Below, one piece after another: positions 49,702 through 58,106 of a DNA stretch of 64,000 nucleotides (the first letter of the stretch is position 1; the number at the start of each line of letters is the position of its first letter). Source of the stretch: a virus; the IMG/VR virus record IMGVR_UViG_3300017750_000002, positions 6,396 through 70,395 of that record. One strand, 5' to 3'. A model generated the notes under the pieces. It was not told where the DNA came from and did no database searches. It saw only the letters and a list, made by a program, of their open reading frames with translations. A program made the position numbers and the translations under genes.

Positions 49702-50112
49702 TCACCACTCCACCTTAATCAATGAGCCATCCCACAATTCGCCGTTCAAATACCACTCGAAGTCTTTTTGAACAATGTTCACCATATTGAAACCGTTCAA
49801 GCGTTCCTTTGTTGTCACGGTTTGCCATCCAGCGTCACAAATCCATAATTCGCCGTGTTGTGACATTTCAGCAATAACATTACCATGCAAATGAAGGAAC
49901 CTTCGCCCGTGAACACATTGAACCCATGTATTACCTCGCTTGAAATCTTGATTGTTCCTAAATGCTCGAATTGCGTCTTCTGTTATCTTTCTCATATCAT
50001 TCAACTCCTGTATCTGCGACCAAATCCCAAGCAACTTGGAAAAAGGTGAGGGTTCGGTCATTGTCTCCGTAATAAACGGGTTCATCCATTGGAAAGTCTT
50101 CATCTTCATCAA
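49702..50112 (-). CDS. Conserved-looking phage hypothetical protein
   Basis: LHGNVIA...AGWQTVTTKERLN...QKDFEWY motif seen in many phage early proteins; true start probably MRKITE. Confidence 0.65.
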   Translation of the reverse strand: MMKMKTFQWMNPFITETMTEPSPFSKLLGIWSQIQELNDMRKITEDAIRAFRNNQDFKRGNTWVQCVHGRRFLHLHGNVIAEMSQHGELWICDAGWQTVTTKERLNGFNMVNIVQKDFEWYLNGELWDGSLIKVEW

Positions 50113-50179
50113 TTGTCACTTTCATCAATTGTAGGGCTACAATGGATTCGGTCAGTCGGTTTAGTAATGCTTCAATCAT
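49997..50179 (-). CDS. Small acidic protein
   Basis: MIEALL follows a GGAGTGA RBS and promoter module. Confidence 0.55.
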   Translation of the reverse strand: MIEALLNRLTESIVALQLMKVTIDEDEDFPMDEPVYYGDNDRTLTFFQVAWDLVADTGVE

Positions 50180-50193
50180 TGGTTTCACTCCAT

Positions 50194-50250
50194 TAGTAAG
50201 ATAGTTGTAAGATTATGAATCAAGGTCACAAAGCAACCATATGGTTGTAT
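50194..50250 (-). promoter_or_regulatory. Promoter module with ACCATATGGT (50236-50245)
   Basis: Same architecture as module 1. Confidence 0.7.
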
Positions 50251-50293
50251 AGGCTTCTTTGTTATCATTCCTATTGAAACCTCAAATTTTGAC

Positions 50294-50334
50294 AAAAAAA
50301 AAGACCCACACCCCGCCGAAGCAGGGTGCAGGTC
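50294..50334 (-). terminator. CTTCGG-loop hairpin plus T-tract
   Basis: GACCTGCACCCTGC-TTCG-GCGGGGTGTGGGTC-T9 on the minus strand. Confidence 0.75.
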
Positions 50335-50383
50335 GGCTCTCGACCCCGCAGGGTCGTGTTTGTCGTCAATTCATCGAATTGAT

Positions 50384-50638
50384 TCACCAATCGGTGTTGA
50401 TGCGAATCGCCTTGATGTAGTATCGAGGTGTTGCGACGGATTCGATGGCGTTGTTGAATTCTTGCACATTCTTGCCTCGAACGGTTCCGGTCATTTTCAC
50501 GACTTTCGTCATGATTGAACGGACATGTCGCTTCATCATTCGATTGAGTGCCTTTTCAGCACCACCACGATGCTTGTAGTGGGTTTCCGAGCAGTATGCG
50601 TTTTCGTCTTCTTTGTCAATAATCTTGTAAATTTCCAT
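50384..50638 (-). CDS. Small basic putative early protein
   Basis: GGAGG RBS with promoter module upstream. Confidence 0.6.
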   Translation of the reverse strand: MEIYKIIDKEDENAYCSETHYKHRGGAEKALNRMMKRHVRSIMTKVVKMTGTVRGKNVQEFNNAIESVATPRYYIKAIRINTDW

Positions 50639-50653
50639 TTGGGTTGCCTCCGG

Positions 50654-50926
50654 TAGTAAGGTAGTCCTATCTTAATAAATGTGGGCATACAAAGAAGCAT
50701 ATGGTTGTGCTTATTAATGTCTATATAGGTCTATGATATGGCTGATATTACCATATGGTTTGATTAGTAATTCAGTAAATCAATTAGGTTTAACTTGCTT
50801 CATTGCTATTGTTTTAGTCTTATTTGACTCTATTGCTATTGTTTCACTTAATATATATAGTATCTATATATCTCTACGATGTTGACTCTATTAGCATTTA
50901 TGCAGTTATACAACCATATGGCTTTG
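50654..50926. promoter_or_regulatory. Promoter module plus further palindromes at the strand switch
   Basis: AGCATATGGT at 50696, ACCATATGGT at 50750 and ACCATATGGC at 50913; AT-rich surroundings. Confidence 0.65.
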
Positions 50927-51102
50927 TCTAAATTTTTTATTTAATTAATTTGTTTATTTAATAACTAATTTAATGCTTATTTAATGATAATAACTAATAA
51001 TAAGGTATTATTAAGCAAATAATCGGCACACAGAACAACATATTAACCCTAAAAACGATACGCTTAATACCACATACCGATACCGAAATACAGGGGAGTC
51101 TT

Positions 51103-51327
51103 ATGGCTGATGATAATGAAGTATTAGAACAGTTATCTGCCATTATAGAATCTATTAATCCTATACTCGAAGATATACGAGCAAACTCGACAAAGGACAA
51201 TATACAGACCTCTAAGGCTAATAGGCTTATATTAAAGGAAATAGCATACAAACTACGGTTATTAAAGAATGATGTTATTACTATAATGCACCCTAATAAA
51301 ACAAGACAAACTAAACTATTCAATTAA
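51103..51327 (+). CDS. Small coiled-coil protein
   Basis: GGGGAG RBS; ends in PIP-box-like QTKLF. Confidence 0.5.
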   Translation: MADDNEVLEQLSAIIESINPILEDIRANSTKDNIQTSKANRLILKEIAYKLRLLKNDVITIMHPNKTRQTKLFN

Positions 51328-51459
51328 ATATTATATTAATAACTATTTTTAAACTGGGAATACATTAAAAAACAATTAAAATAGAACGCTAGTGCCACAA
51401 AAATTCCGCCACATTTTTTTCAAAAACGACTTTTCATTAAATTTAATAGGGGATATAGC

Positions 51460-51669
51460 ATGACTTGGACAGATAAACTTCAAAAAGGAAGTGTGAACGA
51501 AGACAAAGCAACTAAACTAATTAGGTATGCTAGAAATGAACTGAACATTAAAGGGAGAAACCTAGAAAATGTTCTTAGGATTGCATTACAGGAATTAGAA
51601 TTAATGCGTGGCGAAAGTGAAGAAGAAGGCCGAGTTGATTCAGTAGCCGGTTCTAGATTTGAAAGGTGA
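51460..51669 (+). CDS. WxxILK-leader family protein (variant MTWTDKLQK)
   Basis: N-terminal motif. Confidence 0.6.
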   Translation: MTWTDKLQKGSVNEDKATKLIRYARNELNIKGRNLENVLRIALQELELMRGESEEEGRVDSVAGSRFER

Positions 51670-51674
51670 TTATT

Positions 51675-52592
51675 ATGAATTGGTGGGCTATAATTAAAAG
51701 ACCCGATATTTCCATGCCTGAAATTGATAAGTATTTTGAGTGGAATCCAGATTTTTTGGAAAAGACAGTGAAGGATTGGGATAAGGATAATCCTGCTAAG
51801 GTTCTTAGTATTGAACCACCACAAAGTCCTGACCCTGCCGAAAGAATGGAAGACGGTAGTATTCGATTTGCACCAAAAGGCTCAAAGAAGTTTATTCAAG
51901 ATTCATTTAAATTTATCACAGATAGGGCAATTGACAATCAATCTGGCCTTTTGAACATTTTAAGAGAAAAAGGATATAAAGTCACTGTCAAAGATTCTAG
52001 TTGGATTAAGTCACATTACGGTAATAAATTAAACAGAATCTCAGTCCCAGAAGAAGCAAAAGCATATCTTATCACAGTCGGTTCAAAAATAGCGGAGTCA
52101 ATGAGAAAGAAGAACCCCAAAAGAAGTGCTAGATTTCCAGATAAGAAAAGAAGTGCTAAAAATGTTGAACTATGGAATAAAGAACATAAGAAATTTAAAT
52201 TAGATACATTAGAAGGTTTTCAAGATAGAATCCTACGAATAATTGGGAGAACGGAGGGTGATGTTATGAGATATATACAAGAAAATCCTAGTTTTATTAA
52301 AAATAAACACGACCTATATCTAACACAACGGGCCTTCCTCAATGCTCTTTGGGTTTGGCAAAACATAGAAAGGCCGATTTACAAGAAAATCGCAAGGGAA
52401 GACGATGAGCGAAAGAGAATCGACGACGAAAAAAGAGCCGAACTATACGGAAGGATGGAACAAACTGACGACAGACAAAGAGAATTTTCTCGGCGTGGAA
52501 TACCCCGAAACACTAAAAGAAATAAGGACCTACAACCTAGAGGAAAAATAGATGTTAATCAATTTAGGCAAAATAGGAGGAAAAAACAATGA
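51675..52592 (+). CDS. WxxILK-leader family protein, basic
   Basis: MNWWAIIK after a GGTGA RBS. Confidence 0.7.
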   Translation: MNWWAIIKRPDISMPEIDKYFEWNPDFLEKTVKDWDKDNPAKVLSIEPPQSPDPAERMEDGSIRFAPKGSKKFIQDSFKFITDRAIDNQSGLLNILREKGYKVTVKDSSWIKSHYGNKLNRISVPEEAKAYLITVGSKIAESMRKKNPKRSARFPDKKRSAKNVELWNKEHKKFKLDTLEGFQDRILRIIGRTEGDVMRYIQENPSFIKNKHDLYLTQRAFLNALWVWQNIERPIYKKIAREDDERKRIDDEKRAELYGRMEQTDDRQREFSRRGIPRNTKRNKDLQPRGKIDVNQFRQNRRKKQ

Positions 52593-52855
52593 ATTGGGAA
52601 AATATATTAAAGGTTAAAACATTAAGCGATGCTGACGGAAATTACAAGGTTAGTGATGTTTATACTCCTTCCCAGTTTAGTGACATTGTTCATAGTGATT
52701 TAGATGAATACCACAATCAGCGTCGTTATTTTGATATAACTTATGACGGTGGGCATCCTCATGTCGGTGGCGCACATCAGTATTTTAAACCAACTAATCA
52801 GTATATTAGAGATGCCGTTTGTATGCGATGTATGGTAAGGATAAACGCTCAATAA
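52589..52855 (+). CDS. WxxILK-leader family protein
   Basis: MNWENILK. Confidence 0.7.
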   Translation: MNWENILKVKTLSDADGNYKVSDVYTPSQFSDIVHSDLDEYHNQRRYFDITYDGGHPHVGGAHQYFKPTNQYIRDAVCMRCMVRINAQ

Positions 52856-52869
52856 AGGAGGAAACAAAA

Positions 52870-53130
52870 ATGACTTGGCAAAATATACTAAAGGAACTTT
52901 CTCCTAAACAGAAGAAATTAGACCGTAATAAAAACGGTGAAATTGATGGTGAAGATTTTGCCATGCTTAGAGAAGAAAAGGTTTCAAAGGAAATTAAGAC
53001 ATTCGAGAAGGATAAGAACGAGGCTGCATCAGCAGCAAGTTTGTCCGATTTAAAGGAGCAATTAAAAGATGCTCCTAAATACATTAAGACAGCATTAAAC
53101 GAAATCGAAAGATACTTACAAGGTGAATGA
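52870..53130 (+). CDS. WxxILK-leader protein with EF-hand-like loop
   Basis: MTWQNILK; DRNKNGEIDGED. Confidence 0.7.
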   Translation: MTWQNILKELSPKQKKLDRNKNGEIDGEDFAMLREEKVSKEIKTFEKDKNEAASAASLSDLKEQLKDAPKYIKTALNEIERYLQGE

Positions 53131-53131
53131 T

Positions 53132-53371
53132 ATGACTTGGAAAAAAATAATTAAAGAAGAAAGAGAAATAACGCCAGACGACGAAAAACTTGAGGATTTG
53201 AAGGAAGAAGTTAAAGAGTTAGTTGAAGCAATTGTAGAACTTCATGAAAAAAGAGACGATGTTAAGTACTTTTTAGATGTTAAAACTTTAGATGAAATGT
53301 ATCGAGAAGAAGACATTAAACAAGCATTTAAGGGATTAAATCTCATTTTCCGTGCATTAGATTTATACTGA
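53132..53371 (+). CDS. WxxILK-leader family protein, acidic
   Basis: MTWKKIIK. Confidence 0.7.
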   Translation: MTWKKIIKEEREITPDDEKLEDLKEEVKELVEAIVELHEKRDDVKYFLDVKTLDEMYREEDIKQAFKGLNLIFRALDLY

Positions 53372-53380
53372 GTGATTATT

Positions 53381-53815
53381 ATGAGATGGGAAGACATATT
53401 AAAAGTTAAAGACATGAAAACCGGCGAAATGCTAAAGGTTGATATTGCAGAATTTATTGCTGAATTAAAATCTAATTTGGAAGATGCCGCATTAGGATTT
53501 GAAGGATTAGTTGAATCTGGTAGAAAAGCCAGACTTGAAGTTTCAAGGGTTGATGGTAGATTAACAAGACCACGACTTGACAATGATGTTGGTTGTGGTG
53601 TTAAAGTTATTGCAAGAAATCTTGGTGAGGAAAAGGTTAGATATGATATTCAAATTCGATTTGACCCTAGAGATGATACTAAAGGTACTGTTGGGTTAGT
53701 CAATGGTAATGAACTTAAGTTGGGTATGAACGACGAAGTTAATGGAATTGGTGGTTTAACAAACAGAATTAAACAAGCCATTAAGGATTCAATAAATAAA
53801 AGCAGGAGGCTTTGA
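53381..53815 (+). CDS. WxxILK-leader family protein
   Basis: MRWEDILK. Confidence 0.7.
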   Translation: MRWEDILKVKDMKTGEMLKVDIAEFIAELKSNLEDAALGFEGLVESGRKARLEVSRVDGRLTRPRLDNDVGCGVKVIARNLGEEKVRYDIQIRFDPRDDTKGTVGLVNGNELKLGMNDEVNGIGGLTNRIKQAIKDSINKSRRL

Positions 53816-53816
53816 T

Positions 53817-54509
53817 ATGTCTTGGGAAAGCATTCTAAAAGCAGACTTCTCATTTAGAGATGTTATTAAAAATTCAAGAGGCGTATATGCTGGTATCTTT
53901 GACCGTATTCAAATTACACCCGACCTTAGTAAATTAGGCGGTGCAGTTTTAGGAGATGCTCTTAAAGTAGTTGAAGGTATTGATGGTATGACTGTTGCTG
54001 ATAAAAGAAAAGCGGCTGAAGTTGTTTTAATGGAACCTATGCTCATAGGTCTTGATATGATGAATGACCCTTCTATGGAAAAAGACCTTGATAATTTAAT
54101 GGAAATGAGAGTGACTACTATTTCTCAAGAAAAAGATAATAAAGGCGAAGAATCTTTATCTCCTGAACAAATTAATACTATTGAAGAAATTGCTAATAAA
54201 GCAGCACAGAAAGTTCACGATGAAATGAAACAAACAATCAAGGAAACACTTCAAGATAAATTCGGTGAAGAGTTGCTTGGAGCCGAGAAACAAGAAGTAA
54301 TGGAAGGACTTCTTGAAGTTGTTTCAAGTCAAGAATTTGTTGGATATACAGCAGTAGTATTAAATGCTCTAATTATCAAAGTCGCTAAAGAATCTGAAGA
54401 AAAAGCAACAGAATCGGATTTTGAAGTTGAAGTAAATCCAGACCAAGCCTTTTCGGAAGACTTCATGGAAGCAAACAAAATGGATTGGTTCTCACAGATT
54501 AAGCGGTGA
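53817..54509 (+). CDS. WxxILK-leader family protein, acidic, motif at both ends
   Basis: MSWESILK at the N-terminus and MDWFSQIKR at the C-terminus. Confidence 0.7.
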   Translation: MSWESILKADFSFRDVIKNSRGVYAGIFDRIQITPDLSKLGGAVLGDALKVVEGIDGMTVADKRKAAEVVLMEPMLIGLDMMNDPSMEKDLDNLMEMRVTTISQEKDNKGEESLSPEQINTIEEIANKAAQKVHDEMKQTIKETLQDKFGEELLGAEKQEVMEGLLEVVSSQEFVGYTAVVLNALIIKVAKESEEKATESDFEVEVNPDQAFSEDFMEANKMDWFSQIKR

Positions 54510-54514
54510 TTTCC

Positions 54515-55045
54515 GTGTGGTGGGAGATTCTTAAGAATGCTAAAGTTAGTGGCAAAGCCACTGGCAAGGGTTCTAGTTTTGATGCATCTAAAATTAAGAT
54601 TAATATTGATGAACCAGACGACTGTTGCGATGAAGTCTATAATAAACTTGTTAAATTTATAAATCGTAATGATGTTGTTGCTTATGCTTTTCCTAATGTG
54701 TATATGGTAAGTGATTTTACTAGAGAATCTTTAGATGGATTAGGTCACAAGTTTTATTTAAAATACCAACCTCTTCCGCCACTTAACAGGAAAGCAACCT
54801 GTAAAGATGGTGTTTTTTTATACATCCAACTCCGAAGAATTCACCACGATTGTTCGGACACGCTAAAGTCTGACGCTTATCCTTTTTCTTCTGAACAATA
54901 TCGTAATGCCAAAAAATCATTTGAAGAATCAATTAAAGAATGGAAAATGCTTAAAAATACTTTCTCAAGAGAGTTTAACACATTATGGGATGATATTATG
55001 AAGTGTGATGATTTTAAGCGAGAACTTTACCGTACTCCAATTTGA
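54515..55045 (+). CDS. WxxILK-leader protein, tandem paralogue A
   Basis: GTG start, then WWEILKNAKVSGKATGKGSSFDASKIKINID. Confidence 0.7.
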   Translation: MWWEILKNAKVSGKATGKGSSFDASKIKINIDEPDDCCDEVYNKLVKFINRNDVVAYAFPNVYMVSDFTRESLDGLGHKFYLKYQPLPPLNRKATCKDGVFLYIQLRRIHHDCSDTLKSDAYPFSSEQYRNAKKSFEESIKEWKMLKNTFSREFNTLWDDIMKCDDFKRELYRTPI

Positions 55046-55055
55046 AGGTGTTGAT

Positions 55056-55625
55056 ATGAGGTGGTGGAAAATTCTTAAGAATGCCAAAATTAGTGGCAAA
55101 GCAAAAGGTAAAGGTTCTTCCTTCGATGCCTCCAAGATTAAGATTAACATTGATGATAAAGACGATTGCTGTGAAGAATTTTGGAAAACTATTCAAGAAT
55201 TTAAGAATGAACATATAATTGTTTTTAAGGTGATGGGAGATGAGATGTTCGACACTGAAAATTTTAAAAATACTACTTTTGATGGTATAGGCCATATGTA
55301 TTATGAAGGAGATACCTTAGTTATGCCCATGTCTTCAAATAAACCTTGTTCGGATTCACGCTCGCTGTTTAGTCTTATAGAAGATATTTACTTTGATATT
55401 ATCGAATCCGGCTACAAAGAGAGCGATTTTGTATCGGTAGTGGACAAGGAATGGAAAAAATTTGGACATTATGTAAAAGGTAATATGTATCCTTTTTTAC
55501 CGAAACATTATGGACAAGCCACTCTTATACAAGTTAATGAGTGGCCCAAACTTGTAGGTAAATTTCTTGAAGAGTATAATGATTTGTGGCGGAAGTACGA
55601 AGCCTGTGAAGAATTAAAGGGATGA
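55056..55625 (+). CDS. WxxILK-leader protein, tandem paralogue B
   Basis: MRWWKILKNAKISGKAKGKGSSFDASKIKINID. Confidence 0.7.
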   Translation: MRWWKILKNAKISGKAKGKGSSFDASKIKINIDDKDDCCEEFWKTIQEFKNEHIIVFKVMGDEMFDTENFKNTTFDGIGHMYYEGDTLVMPMSSNKPCSDSRSLFSLIEDIYFDIIESGYKESDFVSVVDKEWKKFGHYVKGNMYPFLPKHYGQATLIQVNEWPKLVGKFLEEYNDLWRKYEACEELKG

Positions 55626-55629
55626 TACT

Positions 55630-55797
55630 ATGAAATGGTGGAATATAATTAAAGGCTCATGTTGCGATGCTTGCGGCAACTTGAATAAGGAGTCCGGCGG
55701 TGTAGCGTTTGGGGGTCATGGCAACGACCCATCTAAATTCAACATAAAATACGGAGGTGACAAGAATGACGAAAAAGACGAGGAAATCAACAGTTGA
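55630..55797 (+). CDS. 55-aa WxxILK-leader protein (not in ORF track)
   Basis: Manual translation: MKWWNIIKGSCCDACGNLNK...EEINS. Confidence 0.6.
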   Translation: MKWWNIIKGSCCDACGNLNKESGGVAFGGHGNDPSKFNIKYGGDKNDEKDEEINS

Positions 55798-56884
55798 AGT
55801 AAATGGCAACACTATTGAAGCACCGCAATATAAATTTAAAGCGGAATATGCAGCATGGAGAAGAAAGGTTGATAGTATTTCTTCTGAGAAAATTGCCAGC
55901 ACAGGAAGTAAATTTGCAGATGCAAATAGAGCAAAATACCCTGCAACATTATACGGGCAATTAAGTCACCATGTCAATAAGTATCTTCGGGATAATTCTA
56001 GCAATACTGGTGACGATGGTATATTTGAAGTGTTGGATGCAATCAATGAATTACTCAAAGATAAAGAAATTTTCTTTACTCCCGAATTAAAAATATTAAT
56101 AAAGTTTAGAGATAACATTAAGGGTATAGAAGATGATGAAAAATTAAATCCTAGAAATACTCTTTTTACTCGCCCTACTCGGTGGAAAAGAGGCGAGAAA
56201 TTAAAGAATAGTAAAACAAGGGCCAAATATAAAATTGATGTTTTGAATGATAAGCCTCAAAGTATTTATGGACATTATCGAGATAATTACTTTGAAGATA
56301 AGTATGGTGAGCCGGAAAAGAAAGGTTGGTGGAGTACCGAGAAGAATACTGCAAATCCACCATTAGCACAAGCCATTTATGGTAAAGGTGATTTAGGAAT
56401 TACTAAGGGGCTATTAACCATTCTTGAAGAGGCTATTAAAGAAATATCGGAAAAGCCAATACCAAATATAGGATTAAGAGTTCAAAGAAATGCTGGTTCT
56501 TTAGCGGCAATACCATCTGTTAGAAAGCAAGTTTTTGCACTACTAAAAAGGAATGATTTATTTGTAGGTGGAAAACCTAAACTAAGACAAATGAGTTCTA
56601 TATTACAAAATATGGAATTTGTTGTTGGTGAAAAATCATTTGGTGGTCGAGCATCGCCTAAAAAGATTATTACTTTCGTTGGTAAATTAGATAACATTCC
56701 AAGTCCCATTGAAACATTTACATTGAAGACTTTCGGCCCTACTGCTATGGCTTCTTTAATCATGGCAGTTATTGGAAAGAAGACCTATAAACTTAAGAAC
56801 GGTAATTACTTAGATATTAAAGGTAGGACAGAAGTTCCTAAAGAAGAAGTAAAGAAGTCTTGGATGGAACACCTTTGGAGGTAA
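55766..56884 (+). CDS. Basic hypothetical protein with C-terminal W motif
   Basis: Long ORF ending KKSWMEHLWR. Confidence 0.7.
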   Translation: MTKKTRKSTVEVNGNTIEAPQYKFKAEYAAWRRKVDSISSEKIASTGSKFADANRAKYPATLYGQLSHHVNKYLRDNSSNTGDDGIFEVLDAINELLKDKEIFFTPELKILIKFRDNIKGIEDDEKLNPRNTLFTRPTRWKRGEKLKNSKTRAKYKIDVLNDKPQSIYGHYRDNYFEDKYGEPEKKGWWSTEKNTANPPLAQAIYGKGDLGITKGLLTILEEAIKEISEKPIPNIGLRVQRNAGSLAAIPSVRKQVFALLKRNDLFVGGKPKLRQMSSILQNMEFVVGEKSFGGRASPKKIITFVGKLDNIPSPIETFTLKTFGPTAMASLIMAVIGKKTYKLKNGNYLDIKGRTEVPKEEVKKSWMEHLWR

Positions 56885-56888
56885 GAAT

Positions 56889-57548
56889 ATGACTATAACC
56901 CGTAAGCGATGTGCCTTTTGTCAGCACGAACAAAGAGAAGAACTTGAAGCCTCTATCGAACAAGGTATGTCAAGTTGTGATGATTTAGATTCAAGAAACA
57001 ATTGGAGAAGTGGCACTGCGGCCCAACATCAAAGAAATCATATGGGAGAATACACAAACAGTAGTAATCCAAAATGCAAGTTATGTGTGGACCCAATGCG
57101 AAAACATTACGAGGAAGCCCTTTCTAACGGTTCTATCACAAGTGACGCTATTTCTCAGGTGTTAGACATCTCGAAACAGCAGGTGCAACGCCACATGAAG
57201 CACCACTTGGCCCCATTGGTACAGCAATCTGCGGCCACTATGATAGCGAAAAAGGAAGTAAATGAGATTGATTTGCTGAGTGCGAATGTTCAGCGATTAG
57301 ATACCAAACTCAACGAACTATTCCTTAATACAGAATTAGAACCAAGAGAGATTGATAGTCTAACTAAACTCGCAAAAGAAGTTCGAGAGTCATTAAAGTA
57401 TCTACTTGAGTTCAAAGGCAAACTTGTTCACAAGAGACAAGATACAATTATTGTCGCACAAATGCAGGTTGTTCAAGAAGTGTTAGCACAGAACAATCCT
57501 GAGATTTGGCTTGACATTAAGAAAAAGATGCAGGAGAGATTACAATGA
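56889..57548 (+). CDS. Duplicated Zn/HTH protein, possibly terminase small subunit
   Basis: Two CxxC...HxxxH HTH repeats followed by a coiled coil. Confidence 0.5.
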   Translation: MTITRKRCAFCQHEQREELEASIEQGMSSCDDLDSRNNWRSGTAAQHQRNHMGEYTNSSNPKCKLCVDPMRKHYEEALSNGSITSDAISQVLDISKQQVQRHMKHHLAPLVQQSAATMIAKKEVNEIDLLSANVQRLDTKLNELFLNTELEPREIDSLTKLAKEVRESLKYLLEFKGKLVHKRQDTIIVAQMQVVQEVLAQNNPEIWLDIKKKMQERLQ

Positions 57549-57739
57549 GTTGGAAAGATATAATTAAAGAAGAAATGCCTAGACCGCCAAAAAGCAGACT
57601 AAATACACCTATGACTTGTGAAAACGGCCATAGTTTTACTTCGGGTGAAGTGAAATATACGAAAAAACTAGGTGCGCCTAGTAATTATACGGTTTCTAAA
57701 AAATGCCCTACATGTGGAAAAAAAGCAAAATTTGTTTAA
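57545..57739 (+). CDS. WxxILK-leader Zn-ribbon protein
   Basis: MSWKDIIK; CENGH...CPTCG. Confidence 0.65.
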   Translation: MSWKDIIKEEMPRPPKSRLNTPMTCENGHSFTSGEVKYTKKLGAPSNYTVSKKCPTCGKKAKFV

Positions 57740-57752
57740 GTGAGAGATTACA

Positions 57753-58073
57753 ATGAATTGGATGAGCATTCTCAAGAATAAAGATGAAATGAAAAATGAG
57801 TTTTTCAAAGTAATTAGAAAAGAATATGAAAACATGGGTTGGGCTAAAGCAGATGAGTTTGGGGAACCTACGAACTATTCACAAAAAGGCTATGCTGATT
57901 TTTTAATAGAAGATTTTGAAAGTCAATTAAAAGATGGGGCAGATATAGTTGATATAATCATTAGCGAAATCAAAGAAAATGAAATCGTTATGAATAGTGT
58001 TAAGAAAGATGACCCTGAAAGAGCAAAGTATATTCAAAATTTCATTAATGAATTAAAAGCAGTAATGGCTTAA
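57753..58073 (+). CDS. WxxILK-leader family protein
   Basis: MNWMSILK. Confidence 0.7.
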   Translation: MNWMSILKNKDEMKNEFFKVIRKEYENMGWAKADEFGEPTNYSQKGYADFLIEDFESQLKDGADIVDIIISEIKENEIVMNSVKKDDPERAKYIQNFINELKAVMA

Positions 58074-58106
58074 ATGCAGGAAAGATTACAATAGGTCGGT
58101 TTTTCT

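Noticed and set aside
47243-50926. CRISPR or mini-CRISPR array suggested by repeats and the Cas4-like gene
   Set aside because: Repeats are 6-17 bp, irregularly spaced and tied to promoters. There is no repeat-spacer periodicity, and stand-alone Cas4-like nucleases are common in archaeal viruses.
54515-55160. Diversity-generating retroelement TR/VR pair
   Set aside because: The repeat is at gene 5' ends, differences are not adenine-specific, and no reverse transcriptase is present.
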